Below, one piece after another: positions 59,388-64,000 of a DNA stretch of 64,000 nucleotides. Every line of letters starts with the position of its first letter. The first letter of the stretch is position 1. The DNA is taken from contig NIVC01002838.1 in assembly GCA_002269645.1 (NCBI GenBank), positions 1 to 64,000 of the forward strand. Reading direction: 5' to 3'. The DNA is from Macrostomum lignano (Eukaryota). The notes below the pieces were generated by a model, which had not been told where the DNA came from, did not search any database, and saw only the letters and a program-made list of their open reading frames with translations. Position numbers and translations under genes: made by a program.

Positions 59388-62156
59388 ATGGCGGACTCAA
59401 GCGATGCCGCGGTGAGGCCTAAAAACGAGAAAAAACGGCGAACTGAACGCGGCAGATCTGGCGGCTTTTTGTCGATTTTCGGTTGCGCCAGTTCAAAGAG
59501 TTCTTCGCCTCCTCCGATTGCTAAGTCGGAGCAGAGGACTAAACAAATTGCTGCTCCACCTGCTGTCAATCATAACAGCACCGCTGCTCCTGCTGCTGCA
59601 GCGGCTGCCCACTCTTCTGCTGGTGCTAAAGAGTACGCTTATTGTGCTTTGTTTTTATAGTTTTATGTACTAATTTTCAGCCCCTTCTTTTCCACCACCC
59701 CACATCTGCACCCCTCCTGTGCACCCACCCCACTTATCTCTCTACCCCTCCTGTGCACCGACCCCACTTATCTCTCTACCCCTCCTGTGCACCCACCCCA
59801 ATTTTCTCTCTACCCCTCGTGAACCCACCCCAATTTTCTCTCTACCCCTCCTGTGCACCCACCCCACTTATCTCTCTACCTCTCCTGTGCACCGACCCCA
59901 CTTATCTCTCTACCACTCTTGTGAACCCACCCCAATTTTCTCTCTACCCCTCCTGTGCACCCACCCCAATTTTCTCTCTACCCCTCCTGTGCGCCCACCT
60001 CGCATATCTCTCTACCCCTCCTGTGCACCCACCCCACTTTTCTCTCTACCCCTCGTGAACCCACCCCAATTTTCTCTCTACCCCTCCTGTGCGCCCACCT
60101 CACATATCTCTCTACCCCTCCTGTGCACCCACCCCAATTTTCTCTCTACCCCTCCTGTGCACCCACCCCAATTTTCTCTCTACCCCTCCTGTGCACCCAC
60201 CCCATTCTCTCTATATCTTCTATTGTCCACCGACTTTCCAGAGCGGCAACTGTCAGCGATCAATCATTTGACCCGAAGCACGTGTACAACATGAGACACC
60301 GGAGCAGAGGCCTGGCTTTGATATTCAACTTTCAACAGTTCCTACCCGAGACCAACCTGTCCTATCGACACGGCTCGGATAAGGACCTTAACAATGTAGT
60401 GGCCTCGTTCAAGCGGCTGCAGTTTCAGGTGCACAAGTTCAGCAACCTGTATGCTGTTGAGTTTCTTAGCCAGCTGAAACAAGGTATGGTTTTTAATTTT
60501 CGGTTTAAGAAAGAATCTCCATTTTTTCATAAAATAATTTTTGTAGTTTATTACTCTGAAATCTCACCCTTAAATGCTGAGATCTCACGTTAAGATACTG
60601 GAATCTCACCCTAAATATTAAAATCTCACCCTAAGATACTGAAATCTCATCCTAAGCTACTGATATCTCATCCTAACGTACTGAAATCTCATCATAAGTT
60701 ACTGAAATCTCACCCTAAGATACTGGAATCTCACCTAAGATACTGAAATCTCACCGTAGGATACTGAAATCTCACCGTAGGATACTGAAATCTCACCGTA
60801 GGATTCTGAAATCTCACCGTAGGATACTGAAATCTCACCGTAGGATACTGAAATCTCACCCTAACGTCCTGAAATCTTACCCTAAGATACTGAAGTCTCA
60901 CTCTAAATTTGAAGTTTTCATCCGCGAGTTTTCAATCTAGGAAAGAATGCACAAAAATGTTCACAAAGATGCTTGAACGACTCCCTCGCTACTCCTGCCC
61001 AGTGTCCGAGGTGAACCACAGCGACCACGACGCCATTGCCATAGTGATCATGTCCCACGGCGAGGAGGGCGTCATCTTTGCCAGCGACGGAGGCATCCCC
61101 CTGGTTGAGGTGTTCGAGCCTATCAGACAATGTCCCTCTCTGGTTGGCAAGCCAAAACTCTTCTTTCTGCAGGCCTGCCGTGGCAGCAAGTTCGACCCCG
61201 GCAAAGAGCAGGTAAGGATTGCTTCAAATTTGTACCTGTCAATCACTTGTCATTGAAAAACTGGCCACTAAAACTAAAACCACTAAATCACTTGTCACTT
61301 GATCTGTCATTGAACCTATCAATCACTTGCTCTTTACCTGTCACTGAACCTGTCAATCACTTGTCACTTGTCCTGTTACTGAACCTGCCAATCACCTGTC
61401 ACTTGACCTGCCAATCACTTGTCACTTGACCTGTCACAGGACCTGTCAATCACCTGTCACTTGACCTGTCAATCACTTGTCACTTGACCTGTCACTGAAC
61501 CTGCCAATCACCTGTCACTTGACCTGTCACTGAACCTGCCAATCACCTGTCACTTGACCTGTCACTGAACCTGCCAATTACCTGTCACTTGACCTGTCAA
61601 TCACCTGTCACTTGACCTGTCACTGAACCTGTCAATCACCTGTCACTTGACCTGTCACTGAACCTGTGAATCACTTAACTTTGAACTCATTAAGTGACAG
61701 GTGAAGCGACAGGTAATGAACTCGAAGTCATTACTGTTTTCAAAGTTACATGTAACTCAAAGCTGAAATATTTGACCATAAACCTGTCAGACGGACTCCG
61801 GTGTGGAGGAGACTGAACCCGAGGCCTTCAGACGCGCTTTGGACGCCGCTGACGGCATCAAGACCATCCAGCGGCTGCCGACTGACGCAGACTTCCTCAT
61901 CTGCTATTCGGTGGTGCCTGGCTATTTCTCCTGGCGCAATGGCACCCACGGATCCTGGTTTGTGCAGAAACTGACCGAGGTCCTGGCTGAGACAGACTGC
62001 TCCAAGGTTGAGTTCATGCGAGTCATGACTCGGGTTAACCGGGCGGTAGCCTACGAGTTTGAGTCGCACACGAACAATCCTCACCTGGATAGAAAGAAGC
62101 AGGTGCCATCTATTGTGTCCATGCTTACTAAGGAGCTGTACTTTCCATCGAAGTGA
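59388..62156 (+). CDS. Effector caspase (caspase-3/7-like); exons 59388-59632, 60242-60483, 61003-61211, 61791-62156 (353 aa)
   Basis: YNMRHRSRGLALIFN, RHGSDKD, catalytic MSHG and KPKLFFLQACRG, small subunit ADFLICYSVVPGYFSWRN..GSWF and KQVPSIVSMLTKELYF. GT-AG introns with phases 2,1,0; 1062 nt in total. Confidence 0.93.
59690..60215. repeat. ~34-bp C-rich minisatellite in caspase intron 1
   Basis: Unit TCTCTCTACCCCTCCTGTGCACCCACCCCAATTT and variants. Confidence 0.88.
60570..60905. repeat. 21-bp minisatellite (GATACTGAAATCTCACCGTAG) in caspase intron 2
   Basis: Read directly. Confidence 0.88.
61240..61672. repeat. Compound 10-13-bp minisatellite (CCTGTCAATCA / CCTGTCACTTGA / CCTGTCACTGAA) in caspase intron 3
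   Basis: Read directly. Confidence 0.88.
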
Positions 62157-63266
62157 CTCGCGCTCGTAAAGGCGAAGTATATGAATAACTAAGTATTTTA
62201 CTTCAAATTTTAAAGAGAAAAATAAGTGATTTCCTTGATGCTGTTTTGGGACTGTTACGAGTATTAGTGTTGTATGAAATAAGGTTTGGTGTGTCTGTTT
62301 AATTAAATCAGTTTTCTTAACGAGTATTAAATGCTTGTTATTGATTTTAACAAAACCAAATAAAGTTGCTTTCAATTCACTTTAATCGTCTTCTTCTGCA
62401 TTCTAAAAATTGTTTTGTTATTCGATTTTATAGGCTTACTCATCCGCGAAATATCCTACTTATGCTACTTACAGTAATTGCTTTACTGCTCAGTAAGTAG
62501 TGCAGCTCGATTGCGAATACAATTTTGTGCAATAGTAACTTAATTTTTGTACTTATAATTAGATAAGCTTGTTTTGCCATATATTCACTCTATTTGAATA
62601 TTTCAGTTTGACTGGTGACAATTCCTGTGCGGATTACTCGTATTTTACATACGCTGTGTTTCTATTTTTTACTGTGTCAAAATATCAGTCTATTTAATTT
62701 ACTTTACGGGTAAAATTTTTATAAAATTATCATAAATCAACCATTTTTGCGCGATATGCTACTTAAAGTGCGTGTGTGTACACCGTCTTTTATTTTTATC
62801 TTGGTCAACAATTACACGAAAATCAATTTTTTGTTAACCTAATTGTCGCAGGCTCGCGATCAACTAATTTAAATGCTTTTGCACTTTATTTTTAAAAAAT
62901 ATTTAAAAAAATTTTCTAATTATTTAAACGGACGTTGTGTACTTTTACCATACTGATAGGTGACGAAAATCACCTTTGGAAACATGTTTTTCGATACATA
63001 TCGGCAATTGTGTCACTAATAATAATCCGGTTTAGTTTTAATTAAGCAGAGACGGTGCTCAGCACGGTGAGAATCTGCTCTGACAAAGTGGAATGTTGCC
63101 ATCCGCATCAGATTCGAGCAGCTGGACCAGCTCCTCCACTTTGCTTGGGTCTATTAACACCTCATCTAATGCTCATCTAACACCTGCGGGTGACGGTTAT
63201 AGATGTTACATATGAGTGTCATATGGGTGTTAGATATGATTGTTAGTTATGGGTGTTAGATATGGA

Positions 63267-63650
63267 CTAGCAATCAGCGCCCCCCGTTGGGGAGCCAAAA
63301 AATGCAGCACAAGTTTTTTTAATAAACTACATGTAAGCGTCTCTTTGCATTGTACCTCAGCAACCCCTTGTAAGCCTTGACATGTCAGCAATTCCCCCCC
63401 CCCACAAGCCTTAGCATATCAACTCCCCCTTGACATCTCAGCAATGCCCCCATAAGCCTTGAAATCTTAAAAAAATCTGTCAACCTTCTAACCCTAACCC
63501 TAGCCTACCCTAACCCTAACCCTAACCTTAAAGCATTGAAATTTCAGTAATTCTCTCCGAGAGTCATTATAGCACTACAGCATTATAGCGATTCCCTGCA
63601 AGCCTCGACATCGTAGGGATTCCCAAATGAATCTCTCAACTTCGACATGA
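63267..63650 (-). mobile_element. Helitron-like non-autonomous element, 384 bp, second copy of the 21495 family
   Basis: Minus strand reads A|TC...hairpin...CTAG|T. Colinear with 21495-21850, including the (CCCTAA)n-like tract. Confidence 0.6.
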
Positions 63651-64000
63651 TGCCGATATTCTAGGCTATCACCTGTAAGCTTCATAGCTGCCCTGAGCAG
63701 CATATAGTCCCTATAAATTATTTAAATAAATGGCCAGAGGGGATCCATGAGCCCACCAGAGATTCAGAGGCTTAGTCTGGGAAAATAAATTGCAAATTTA
63801 TTAAATAGCCTGGCAGAGCAACTGCACAGGTCTCCATCTCCAAGCCCAGGTATTCCCAGCAGCCGCTGTCAGCTTCAAATGAATTCACCTAGCAACGGAG
63901 TTTTCCTGTGCTTTTTCGCTGCCATTTTCTTAGTAGATGTGGCCACTCAGTCTTCGGTCAGCCAGCACAGGCAGACAGATTCAAAGTGTCTACTTGTCAA

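Noticed and set aside
60909-61002. Extra N-terminal part of ORF 60909-61256 and read-through tails of caspase exon ORFs
   Set aside because: Intronic; splice sites with consistent phases define the exons.

Overview
Eukaryotic (invertebrate metazoan) genomic DNA: GC-rich exons, AT-rich introns with GT-AG ends, TTAGGG-type repeats and many minisatellites. The style resembles a free-living flatworm such as Macrostomum, but the species cannot be verified from sequence alone. The left 40 kb holds a cluster of five intact single-exon paralogs (333-343 aa) plus two broken copies. They encode a secreted protein: signal peptide, Cys-rich PAN/apple-like segment with a furin-type RxKR site, then a ConA-like/LamG fold. 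The paralogs fall into divergent subfamilies but share a nearly identical ~400 bp core whose variants cross subfamily lines, the pattern expected from gene conversion. The right 24 kb holds a 4-exon ARL16-like GTPase gene and a 4-exon effector caspase gene. The 13.7-kb first intron of the ARL16-like gene carries three elements with exact 8-bp target-site duplications (TSDs): a complete hAT transposon, a hAT MITE, and an internally deleted P-superfamily element that still encodes a spliced THAP plus coiled-coil protein, like the Drosophila KP repressor. Also present are a CCC...GGG transposon that split a sixth paralog, non-LTR retroelement remnants, a tRNA-derived SINE, Helitron-like ends and a 7-kb 22/23-bp satellite. 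Domain names come from visual motif recognition, not database searches.
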